From Callorhinchus milii (taxonomy: Eukaryota), in the NCBI RefSeq assembly GCF_018977255.1, contig NW_024704742.1, positions 59,336,001 to 59,400,000 on the forward strand: 64,000 nucleotides of DNA, given 5' to 3'. Position 1 is the stretch's first letter, and every line of letters begins with the position of its first letter. Of this stretch, positions 27,279 to 39,070 are shown one piece after another. Both the position numbers and the translations under genes were made by a program. Under the pieces are notes generated by a model. That model was not told the DNA's origin, searched no databases, and worked only from the letters and a program-made list of their open reading frames with translations.

Positions 27279-30200
27279 ACTAACTGCTGGAAGAAATTTA
27301 TTTTTGTCTCAGTCCTAACCCATCTTGCCTTAAATTTAAGGTCGTGTTCTCCAGTAATTGAATGGTTTAGGAGATTGTGTGTCTTAGACCATTATGTGTC
27401 CCTGCCCATTCAGTAAAGATTTTGTAACGAGTTAGGTTACTATACCCTCAAAAAGAATTGTCATATGTCTTCTTACACACTTGGAGATGATGCTTACATT
27501 GATAGTGGCCAATTTAACATGACACAATTTTTTCTCTCATTATAGTGTTGCTATCTCATTTTCTGCAGTGGAAGTCTGTTTGGATGATACGTTTTCTTGT
27601 TGGTAATACACTTCCTTTGATGAAAGTAATCGACAACATAACTTTCAATATACAGGGTGCTGCAGGAATCCTAAGACAGTGGTTCAATTACACGTTGGAT
27701 TCTCTTACATCTTGCCATTTTAGGAAGTGTGCACTACCGTCTCTTTGTAGCTACTGCATTTCAATAATCCTGCATCTCAACTCCACCAAAGAAGATAGTG
27801 AGAGGCTTCGGTTCGAACTTTCCAATTGGATAGGCGCATTTCGGTTGGAATTGATCCAAACTTTAAGCATCCAATTAAATGTCTACTGCAAAGTTACACT
27901 GCAAAATGCCAGAAAAAGCAAGAGTTTATGTTGGGTTTTACGAGACTGTTTTTCACATCATACATATTTTTGGATTACCCAAGTGAATCAAGAACATGAC
28001 TTCAATAATTAAGAGACAAAAAAGTTTGAATTCATGAATAAAGAGTTAGTGTGGCATGTAAGTCTATACAAACATTTCACAGTCATTGAAGTCTGAAGTC
28101 TAATAAGCTGGAACACACTAAACAGATTGATGTAATAAAACGTAAAGAATTATGAAAAGGATTAATTATTAATGAACTACAAAGACAGGATAATACTTTG
28201 GTTTTGTATTGATCAATTTTTAATTGTTTGAAAGGTGAGTATTTTTTCAGGTCCCCACTTTTATGCTGACCTCCGTTTATCTCAAATAGTAGATCAGTCA
28301 TTTGAAAGCTTTTCTTTTATGCTGTCCTAAACATTTCTGCAGGACTTCACTATTTTCATGTTCAGTATATTATAAAATGTGTTGTCCTGAACTTCGCAAA
28401 GTCAAGCCTAACATTAAAATATTGTTGAAACAAGCCTTCTCATCAACACTTCAGGACATAAACCAGTCTAAATCAGCTTGTTTTCCTTTACAGAGGAGAA
28501 CATTTGATTGACCTGCAATGTTAGGGGATGGGATTAGAATACTGGTCAGGGTCAATGCAGAGTTCAGAATGACTGTTGCAATAATCAAGTATTGGATTCA
28601 ATGAGTTGTGTAGACATTTAAATTTTTCGAGATATATTTTCTCTATCCCATTAAGCAATTTGTTGATCAGGATTATGAATGGCAATTTTAGGACAGTTAA
28701 TAGAAGCAACAGCTAGAATAAATTACCAGAAGGATGGTTCAGACAGGATACTGAGATTAATCAAGAAACAGCTTGACATTATAATTGGGAGGATGGCAGG
28801 GTTAGTATTGTTGAAGGATTAAGTATATATATATATATAAAAATCCGACAATTCTCCACTGTTTATCTATAAAATACAAAGTAACTACACTTTACAGTAA
28901 ATTATGTAAAACACTTTGAGACATCCTCCTGATGCGAAAGGCAGAATTTCAAATGCAAGGATTATTATTGGCACCAGACTTTGGCACAGGTAAGGTCCAA
29001 TGAGTGCATCCATGAATAGGTTGCATAAGAACACAGCACAGCAGCTAATCTTAACAAATGTTACAAGACTCTACCCCACACGAAGAGCGCTATATAAATG
29101 CCAGTTATTTTTGTAATCTGCACAGAGACAGTCCAGGGTGACAAATGTTTGGGTATCTGGAAGACTTTTCAATTATCAACAGTGCATAACTGGCCAAGCA
29201 AATCTTTCTTACATCTTGGAAATATCAAACTGATGATCTGTTTTAGCTTCCTATTTCTTGGCTATGATTACACTCTGCAATGAATAAACAAACCCAGAAG
29301 AGGCACAGAATAGAGCTTGGGAGAAAATATTTCGGGCACTCTTACTGGCAGTCAGCTGGCTTCAGAAAACAAAAAAAACAGCTGTGCTTATCAGGTTCCA
29401 ACTCTATTCTTGAGCTGACCTGTTGGGAGTTTCGACTATAACTGCACCTTTCAGATTTCTGATCCTAAAAGCACCTTGATGCCATCTGTCACATTAGACT
29501 ATTTGATTTTTTGGGGTCAGCCAGGTTAGCAGGAAGATTCCTTGGAGCGCTTCCAAGTCCTATCTATGAGCCAGACTGGCTGTACTGCCCTCAGCAGTGC
29601 CCTGGAATACCGCAGACCTGCCCGGCTCAGGAACCAGACCACAGGGACCCCCACAAAGGGTTGGCTTGATTCTGACATTCCATTGCCAAACATGTCATCT
29701 TGGAGCCAATGAAAGTCCGGCTCCAAGGAGACCCCGCTGACCCACCTCACCTCTCCCGCTGACCCACTCCCCCCGTCGCTGACCCACTCCCTCCCCCGTC
29801 ACCGCTGACTCACTCCCCCCTCTCACTTACTACTCCGGAGCTCTGGTTCGGAGCTTAAGCAGCTGTTGCTTACCACTCTGCAAACTAATCAAACTGGATT
29901 CCAGGTGCTGAAAGTATAAACACATGTTCACAAACTCGGACTCCAAGAAATGCCTTCCAGCAGCTGTCTCCCTAGCTTCAGAGTTTCCTTATCTGACAGA
30001 CATTTGCTGAAACAAACTGATATTCTAACTCTGACCTGTTCACATCCCACCAGAAGTTCCTTTTATTGCTTAAAGAAAATAAACAGGATGTTGTGCTTAT
30101 AACAAGGTGACTGCTTGAATATAAAATGAAAGGACTCAACAGAAATTGTTTAGTGTCAGTCAGACACCATTTGGAATACTCTGTTCAATTTTGGATGCCA

Positions 30201-30947
30201 TTCTTAAAAAGGATGTAATACTCTTGGCTGGAGTCCAGTAACAATTTACCCGATTAATACCTGGATTGAAGGACCTTCACACCTGGGATGAAGGGATTTA
30301 CCTATGATGAACGGCTGGAGATATTTCCATTAACATTCCCCGAAGGTGAGATGAACAGTTGATTTAATTGAGGCGTTTAAAATAATGAAGGAAATTGATA
30401 AGATACATAGGTTGTCAGAATGGGTAGACAGAAATTCCACCTCGGTCTTCATTAATTCTACTAAACATAACATTTCAGAAAATTCAGAATTTGTCAAATT
30501 CTTTAAATTCGAAACCATTTTTCTGAATGTTTAAGAACTCCAGAAACAGGATGAAAAGTTAAAACTGAATTAAACTATCTGCCAAATTGTGAACACTGAA
30601 ATGTTACATTAATTGAGAAAATCTAGATACAAATGGAATTTCAACCCCTGGTAATCACTGCTCCAGAAGACCATGGATGCAATATTGAATTGGAAGATTT
30701 CTATTGCCCTTCAACAATTGTCATGTGAATAAAACCTATAATCCTGAAACCTTACAGAAACTTTGTACCATATGATTTGAAATACAGTTATGGCGTTGTA
30801 TTCCACTGAGGGTAACAGCATTATAATGCACACCTATGTATATTTCACATAACAATGGACATTTGAGTATATTCCACAATCTAAACATCATCTGAAAGGA
30901 CATGAATATTCTCATTGTTTGTGATTATCACATAAAAGTACACTTAC

Positions 30948-31029
30948 CTAATCCATCTGGAGGTGTTTTTGCAGCAACAAATACAGAAGCTTGCAATAAG
31001 TGAGACCAGTCTTCAGAAAAATTAAACTA
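30948..31029 (-). pseudogene. Candidate exon B (phase 0 to 1)
   Basis: TTTTATTTCTTCCAG/TAG tandem acceptor, GTAAGT donor. Translation (*)FNFSEDWSHLLQASVFVAAKTPPDGL. Confidence 0.6.
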
Positions 31030-33580
31030 CTGGAAGAAATAAAACTACACAGTGGTTGACCTAGCATGATTTACAAAAGGATTTGCAAGAAGCAAATCCT
31101 CCTTGTGCCCCAGTCGTTTCACTTTATCTCATTGTCTTTGTGAATTCAAAGCTGAGATCAGCATCTAAGGGTAATTTTGGAGGGTCGGTGTGATATATCT
31201 AGAATTTGGTATTATTTCAAAAAAAATCCTTGAGAGAAATCCTGAAAATTAGACTCTATTGTAGTGCCAGACAAATGCACTCAGACTATCAGTTATCAAT
31301 GAAACACAAATGTGAGGAGAATCAAATTGAGTTTGCAATGTAAACCTATTTACTCGGATACTTTCATTCTTTGGATCAATTTATCTGACACTTGTGAAGT
31401 GTGTGAGTTGACTGTAAACATTATTTGTTTCTCAACTTAGGCTTGCACACTGATTTGCACCATAAAAACAGTGATCTGAGATTTCTTTTTAGACCCATGA
31501 TTTTACAGATGACATGCTGAAACATACAAATCCATTCACGCTCAGGGAAATAAAAACTAATCCTCATATGTTTTTACTGCTATTAAGTACCTTAGCGTAC
31601 TCATTTTCTACTTTGAAAGTAGTAGCTATGCTTACTTCACCTATAGTTTTCTGCTATCTTGCCCAAATGGCTCTTTTTACGCTCACTTATTTATCTTTTC
31701 AACCATTTGTTTGAAACATGTGAAGATATACAAGCTAGACTGAGAATTCCACATATGCATGCCACCTACACAGGTGCTGTCCTTTGGAAAAGACATTAAA
31801 CCGAGGTCATGTCTGCCTGCTCAGATAGACATTAAAGATCCCGTGGTACTATTCGAAAAGAGAAGGGAGTTACTCGCTGTGTCGTGGCCAACAATCCCCC
31901 ACAAAATACATCAATATACTTTACTGAAGTGCTTTGAGACATATTGAGGATGTGATAAGGTATTATATCAAATGCAAAGATTTTAAGGTAAACTTAAATC
32001 TTCAGAATGGAATGTGCTTTCTCTATCTGAAGGGACACATCCTGCTTACCTAATTTCTGATACTGTTAGGCACAGGTTGGCAAGAGCCAAGGGGTTGATA
32101 CTGGCATGCACAAAAAAAGAAAAAAAACAAGTGATGTAAGAAATTATTCTAAAACTAGGAAAGACAGCAATTATGCCAGGCTTTAAGAACAGATTGTGCC
32201 ACATGCTTTTCACTTGTTTCTTTTTCTTATTTTTGCTGGTTCAATATCATCTCTCATCTTCACATTTTAAAAACAACAAAGCTACATTTGTAAAGCACCT
32301 TTCATGTTGGAAGGACGTCTCAAGGCGCTGGACAGACAAAGTTTCGGACCCGAGCTGGAGGTCAGGATCGGGGACAGTGCAGGGCAGTGGGAGAAGAAGG
32401 GAGATTGATAGCATGGTTGAAGAGCAGGGTCTTGAAGGAGGCAAGGGAGGGGGCGAGACTGAGGGACTACAGGATGGAGTTCCAGAGGGTGGGTGCAGAG
32501 TGGCAACAGACCCACCCGCCAATAGTGGGGCGAGTGAAGCGAGGGACGTGAAGCAGGCCGGAGCCCGCTGAGCAGAGGAAGTGAGGAGGATGGTAGGGGG
32601 TTAGGAGGTCGTAGAGGTAGGGGGGAGCAAGACAATGGAGGGCTTTGAAGGTGAGGATCATGATCTTGAACTGTATCCTCTGTGTGATGGGAAGCCAGTG
32701 GAATCGGGCGAGGATGGGGATGTAGGGTCACGGAGCCTGGTGCGGGAAAGGACATGGGCTGCAGAGTTCTGGATGATGTACAGCCTATGGAGGGAGGAGT
32801 TGTGGAGGCTGACAAGCAACGAGTTTGTATGTCTCCACGTTTCAGCAGCCTGCGGTGTGAGACAGTGTTGGAGCCGAGCGATGTTGTGGAGGTTGGGGAA
32901 GGTAGAGCAGGTCATGGTACAGATGTGGGGTAGAAAGGATAGTTCAGGGTCAAACAATATGCCAAGGTTCTGGACTGGCTTAGCTAGGTGAAGTGTGCAA
33001 CCGTAGATGGTGATGTTGTCAGCGCCTGAGGTGAGGAGTGGCTGACAGGAGCCAATCAGGAGACCCTTGTGCTTTTTGATGTTCAACTGAAGAAAATTAG
33101 CCCTCATCCAGGCCTTGATGTCTGACAGACATTCTGTCAGCACAGCAGTGGTCCTGGAGTCAACGGTGGATGCAGAGAAGTATAGTTTAGTGTCATCCGA
33201 TTACATGTGGAAGTTGACCCCATGTCTGCAGATGATATCACCAAAAGGGAGCATATAGATGTTGAAGAGGAAGGAAACAAGGACAGAGCCCTGAGGAACG
33301 AGATGGCGCGGGGACTAGAGGAGAAACTGTTTGTGGAGATGTAGGCGGTATGAGAGGTATGATCTGAACCAGTCAAGGACAAAGCCATGAAGGATGAGGT
33401 GAGAGGAGAGGCGGTGGATGAGGATAAAGTGGTCAACGGTGTCGAAGGCCGCAGAAAGGTCAAGGAGGATGAGGAGGCAGAGGGAGCCCTGGTCGCAGAT
33501 GGACAAAATGTCATTTGTCACTTTGACCAGGGCTGATTCTGTGCTGTGGGTGGCACGGAAACCCAATTGGAGGGGTTCGT

Positions 33581-33688
33581 CTTAAACTCGACGCCGGAGC
33601 GAGTGCAGCTCGGCAGTGGAGGGAGGTGTGGGGGCGGAGCGGGGGAACTGCGACGTCATAGATTAGTTTTCAGGTGAGTGCGCGCGCA

Positions 33689-33748
<60 letters not shown>

Positions 33749-33870
33749 CTCCGCGCCCCCCCCCCAGGGCTCACATCAGAGCCCACTATGGTCCTGTTGG
33801 GTTCGCTGCCCCAATCTGCGGGATAATGCCATCCACCTGACCGCTCGCTCCCGGTCCCCGCGTGCGCACT
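33581..33870 (+). promoter_or_regulatory. CpG-rich L2 5' UTR / putative internal Pol II promoter
   Basis: GC box GGGGCGGAG (~33631), CRE-like GACGTCA (~33652), palindrome GTGCGCGCGCAC (33678-33689), and NRF1-like CGCGTGCGCA just before the ATG. CpG density is far above the window background. Function is inferred from motifs only. Confidence 0.55.
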
Positions 33871-36800
33871 ATGGCTGCCGCTTTGACCCGAGCCCCCTCA
33901 CCCCCTCCCTCCCGCCCCCCTCCTCTCTCCCCCCAAACCCTCCCCCCTCTCCATCTCTCCCGCTCTCTCCTCCTCTCTCTCCGTCCCTCTCGTCTTCTAT
34001 CCCCACTTGACCCTCCCACAACCTCCCTCTGTTCCAGCCTGGGAATCCTCCGCCGGGCTCACCGCGGCACTCGGCGTTGGCTGTCCAGCAGCAGCCACAC
34101 CGACTGCCCCATTCCCCACCACTCTCGCCAGCCACCCCGGACACAGACCCGGGGAGTCAACCTCTCCTCCCTCATCCCCATCTCCCCCACCCCTGCCTCA
34201 CAACCTGGACCCCCCTCCCCTCCCACACACCCTTCTGTCAACCGCTCCCTCCACATCGGACTGCAAAATGTCCGCTCCCTCTGCAACAAGGCCCTGGTCA
34301 TCAACGATCTCATCCTTGATGAGAACGTTGATATCATGGCCTTGACAGAAACGTGGCTCACCCCAGGCGACACCTTCCCCCTCACGGAGGCCACGCCACC
34401 CGGCTACACCTCCCACCACATCCCCCGCCCCAACCGCCGTGGCGGTGGTGTTGCCCTTATCTCAAGGACACCACTTGCCCTATCCCCCTACTCCTCTGGC
34501 TCTTTCCCCTCCTTCGAGCACCTCACCCTCTCCCACCCCTCATTCCTCTCCCTTAAAATCCTCCTCCTCTACCGGCCCCCTAAAACCTCTCCCACCTTCA
34601 TCTCTGACATTTCAACACTCCTCACATCTCTTTGCCTCTCCTCTGATCGCCTCATCATCCTGGGCGACTTTAACCTACACTTCACCCCCTCCTGCTCCAT
34701 CTCCACAGACTTCTCTTCCCTGCTCTCCTCACTCAACCTTTCCCTACACATAAACTCCCCCACTCACAGTCACGGCCACCCACTCGATTTGGTGATCACC
34801 CGGGGCCTCAGTGTCTCGGATGTCACTATTACCGACAAGGCCATCTCCGACCACTACTTCATCTCCTTCACCACCTCCACCCCCCTCCCCACCTCCACCA
34901 GACCCACCACCATCTTCTACCGCCCTTGGAAGAAGTTACCCCCACAATCCCTAACCGATGCCTTGGAGTCCTCTGAACTCCTCTCCCTCTGGCCTTCAAC
35001 CCTCACCGACCCCTCTTCTCCTCTCTCCCTCCTCCACAATATCCTCTCCTCCACACTCGATACTCTTGCCCCCATCACTTCCCGCACTGTCTCCTACTCC
35101 CGCTCCTCCCCCTGGTACACCACCCACCTCCGCTCACTGAAATGCCAGGTGCGGGCTGCTGAGCGCACCTTTGTCAAATCCGGCTTAACGGTCCACCGAC
35201 AAATCTGGCTGGACCTCCTCAAAATTTACCGCTCCACTCTAGCCTCGGCCAAGTCGTCCTTCTACTCCAGGATAATCCTGGAGGCGAAGAACAACCCCAG
35301 GCTACTGTTTTCCACCACATCCCGACTCCTCCGTCCCCCCCGCCACCCCGCGCAGGTCATCTCCTCCAACCTTCACTGCGAGGAGATGCTGGATTTCCTT
35401 GAATCCAAGATCAAGGGAATCCGCTCCGCGGTCACTTCCCCTCCAACTTCCACCCACCACCCACCCCTTCCCTCCCACACTCCGACTCCTACCCATCCTC
35501 CCCTACACACCTTCGTACCCGTTTCCCCACCCTCTGTCACTGAACTCATCCTATCCCTAAAACCAACCACCTGCTCCCTTGACCCCATCCCCACTCCACT
35601 CCTTATCTCCCAGCTCCATTTTCTTGCCCCACACATCACTGACATCATAAACCTGTCCCTCTCCTCTGGCTCTGTCCCCATTCCATTAAAAACTGCCATC
35701 ATCACGCCCACCCTGAAAAAACCCTCCCTTGATGCGTCGCAGCTATCAAGCTACCGGCCCATCTCCAACCTCCCCTTTCTCTCCAAGGTCTTGGAAAGAG
35801 TTGTCGCCTCCCAACTGCGCTCTTTCCTCTCCACCCATTCTCTTTTTGAACCCCTTCAGTCAGGTTTCCGTGCTGCTCATAGCACAGAAACTGCCCTGGT
35901 CAAGGTCACCAATGATATCCTGACTATCTGTGACCAGGGCTCCCTCTGTCTCCTCGTCCTCCTCGACCTATCGGCAGCATTCGATACGGTCGACCACGCT
36001 ATCCTACTCCACCGCTTGTCCTCCCACCTCAACCTTCAAGGCACTGTCCTTGAATGGTTTAGCTCTTACCTTTCCACCGTCTTCACTTCGTCTCAACGAA
36101 TGGCTTCTCCTCCACCCCCCGTACTGTCTCATGTGGTGTCCCTCAGGGCTCTGTCCTCGGTCCCCTCCTCTTCACCCTCTATATGCTCCCCCTCGGTGAC
36201 ATCATCCGCAAACATGGGGTTAACTTCCACATGTATGCGGATGACACCCAACTCTACCTTTCCTCCTCTACTCTCAACTCCACGACCACCGATGTCCTGA
36301 CAGCCTGCCTGTCCGACATCGAGTCCTGGACGAGAGACAACTTTCTTCAGCTCAACGTGCGAAAAACCGAGGCCCTCCTGATTGGCTCACGTCAGCGCCT
36401 CCGCACCTCAGGCGCTGACACCATCAGCATCCAAGGCTGCACTCTCCACCTCTCAAAGCCAGTCAGGAACCTCGGCGTTTTGTTCGACCCTGAGCTGTCC
36501 TTTCTCCCTCACATCCGCACCACAACTGGCACCGCCTTCCATCACCTCCGGAATATCGCCAGATTACGGCACTACCTCACCCCTCACGCTGCTGAAACCC
36601 TGGTTCACGCCTTTGTCACCTCAAGGCTGGACTATGGGAACTCTCTCCTCGCCGGCCTTCCCGCCACCTCCCTCCACAAGCTGCAGGTCATTCAGAACTC
36701 TGCAGCTCGTGTACTGTCCCGCACCAGGCTTCGGGACCACATCACTCCCACCCTCGCTCGCCTCCACTGGCTCCCCATCCCCCAGAGGATTGATTTCAAG

Positions 36801-37130
36801 ATCCTCATCCTCACCTACAAGGCCATTCACGGCCTTGCTCCCTCCTACCTCTCCAACCTACTATCCCCCTACCTACCTGCCCGTACCCTCCGTTCCTCTG
36901 GCTCCGGTCTGCTCCACGTCCCCCGCCCCAACCGCCCTACTATCGGTGGTCGGGCCTTCAGCCTCTCAGCCCCGAGGCTCTGGAACTCCATCCCCCAGTG
37001 CCTTCGCCTTGCTTCCTCCCTTTCCTCCTTCAAGGCCGGTCTCAAAACCTTTCTCTTTGACCGTGCCTTCAGCTCCCCTCTCGACTCTCTTCCTCCTCCT
37101 CGCTCCCTCCCTTCCCTCCCCTCACCCTGA
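33871..37130 (+). CDS. L2 single ORF (APE endonuclease + reverse transcriptase), ~1086 aa if the 1-nt deletion near 36074 is corrected
   Basis: EN motifs LQNVRSL, ALTETW, GGGVA, YRPP, LGDFN, LDLV, SDH. RT motifs [46 protein letters not shown]. The ORF track splits it into 33862-36300 and 36183-37130. The sister copy near 23825 has CTTTCTCACC where this copy has CTTTCCACC. Confidence 0.9.
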
Positions 37131-38674
37131 CCATTTCCCCCCTCCTCTCTCCCTCCCTTCCCTCCCCTCACCCTGACCATTTCCCCCCTGCTCGGGTCAT
37201 GACCCAACTGTGCAGCGCCTTGGGACGTCCTCCTGACGTGAAAGGCGCTCTATAAATGGAATCTTGTTGTTGTTGTTGTTGTTGTTCGTGAAGGGAGTGG
37301 CGGGAGAGGAAGGAGCGAAGATGGGAAGCAACAACTCATTCAAGGACCTTGGAGAGGAAAGGGAGATTGGACATGGGGTGGTAGTTTGAGAGCAGGAATG
37401 GGTCCAGGGAAAGTTTGTTAAGGATAGGAATGATGTCGGCGATTTTTATTAGGGTGGGAACAGTACCAGTGGACAGGAAGAGTTTATCATGTCCGTGAGT
37501 GGAGGGGCAAGGAGGTGGAGCTGGGAGGTAAGGAGAGGGTTAGGGATCCCTCAACCCCATTTATTATTTATTTAAAATGTATTTTAAATAATACATTTGT
37601 TTCTGGAAACATTCAAGTTGCTGTATTTTATCTGAAATTAACATCTGGTTTGTACATTATAAACTGGGTCGCAGTACAGCTTTGTACAAAAAGCAAATCA
37701 AAAGTATATATTTCGGCATCTGAACGTCACAAATCAAACATTCCCTTCTCTGATTGAATGCCACCTTTTATACATTGATAACAAATTAGATCGTATCATT
37801 ATTATTTGGTTCACTTCTTGGCTCTGGAGTCACTCAAATAATTTCCGTCTTTAGCCAGTGCAGTTTCCCCTATTTATAAATCACTATATGTGAGGAATGG
37901 ACTGCCACCTACTGGATATTTAGATGAAGTGAAACTGCAATGCATATTTTGAGGATGGTTCACTTTTACGTTAGGGGGATGTCTGCAAGCACTTCACAGG
38001 ATATTCTATAAATTATAGTGCTTGTGTACTTGTAGTTGAATATGGGAGCCAGAGCAATGTCTCACAAACAGCTGTAAAGTGAATGAACAATTTTATTTGG
38101 GGTCATTATTGGCCAGGACACCAAGCAAAACTCTCTTCCCTTTTTGATTTGTGCCATGGATCAAACTAAGGCATCATGTCATGTAGGAGTACGATGAAGA
38201 CAACTAATAGGGAAAGGAAAAATAAAATAACTAAATAAGGGTAAATTAACTTTAAATTATGCAGTTTCCTGTATTCTTAAGAGGATGAAATAAAAATGAG
38301 GCTTCATAGTCTGTTACATTGTTTTGTCAAATGTCATATCATTACAGGAATAGAGGGGTGTAGGAGACGAGAGGCGAAAAGGAGGGGTGGAGGCTCGTAT
38401 GGATTATAAACATTGACACAGATTAGTTTGGGCCAAATAGTCATTTTCCATACTATATTAACCTATGCAATATATATATATATATAATAGAGTATACACA
38501 CAAGGTATATAATAATACTTGCATTTGATATAAAGCCTTATCACATCTTCAAGATGTCTCAAAGCATCTTCAAGATGTCTCAGAGTGATTATGTAATTTG
38601 TGGGTGAAACATGGAAGCCAATTGCTTACTAAAATTTCCCACAAACAGTCATAGAATGAGTGACCAACTTATTA

Positions 38675-39070
38675 TTAACAACAACAACCTGGATTTATAT
38701 AGCGCCCTCCACGCCAGACAGTGTCTCAGAGCACGTTACAGTAACGGATCCCGGCGCCGAACCATGGGGGAGGAAGGTGACCAAAGGCCCTGTCGAAAAG
38801 AAAGGTATTCAGCAGAGACCTGAAAATAGGAAGGGAGGGAGTGAGATGAAGGGAGTGAGGAAATGAGTTCCAGAGCCTCGGGGCATAGTGGCTGAAGGCA
38901 CAGCCGCCGAGGGTGGCCAGACCCGGAGGAACGAAGGCAACGGGTACTGTTTTGAGGAGAGAGGTAGGGCGTTACAGAGGAGTGCAGGGACTTGAATACT
39001 AGGATGAGGATCTTGAAATCGCTCCTCTCTGGGATAGGAAGCCAGTGCAATCTGGCACAGAGTTTGGTGC
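38675..39070 (-). mobile_element. L2 family B 3' fragment nested in a minus-strand SINE (38510-39145)
   Basis: [16 protein letters not shown] motif; SINE sequence continues on both sides. Confidence 0.85.

Larger units (their letters stand above)
33581..37283 (+). mobile_element. Apparently full-length young L2-clade LINE (family A)
   Basis: Flanked by GTTCGT direct repeats (33575-33580 and 37284-37289) and splits an older minus-strand L2 that rejoins across the site. Contains a GC-rich 5' leader, an EN+RT ORF, the 3' stem-loop AGCGCCTT..AAGGCGCT and a (TTG)n tail. Confidence 0.95.
32270..37550 (-). mobile_element. Older 5'-truncated L2 (32270-33580 and 37284-37550) interrupted by the full-length L2
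   Basis: Minus-strand RT fragments ([20 protein letters not shown]). Joining across the insertion restores ...[25 protein letters not shown]. Confidence 0.9.

Noticed and set aside
27545..28012. 155-aa plus-strand ORF
   Set aside because: No recognisable domain, a non-ATG start and no phase-linked partner exons.
20198..31029. Naming the cryptic gene (vague recollection of CCDC162-like sequence)
   Set aside because: The resemblance is from memory only and does not extend to exons D-F, so no symbol was assigned.
33767..33840. HDV-like or twister ribozyme at the L2 5' end
   Set aside because: Stems are present, but I could not place the HDV P1/P1.1/P3 topology with a catalytic C in J4/2, nor the twister consensus nucleotides.
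33678..34010. Poly-lysine ORF as an L2 ORF1
   Set aside because: It has a GTG start and simply translates the A57 tract and low-complexity sequence.
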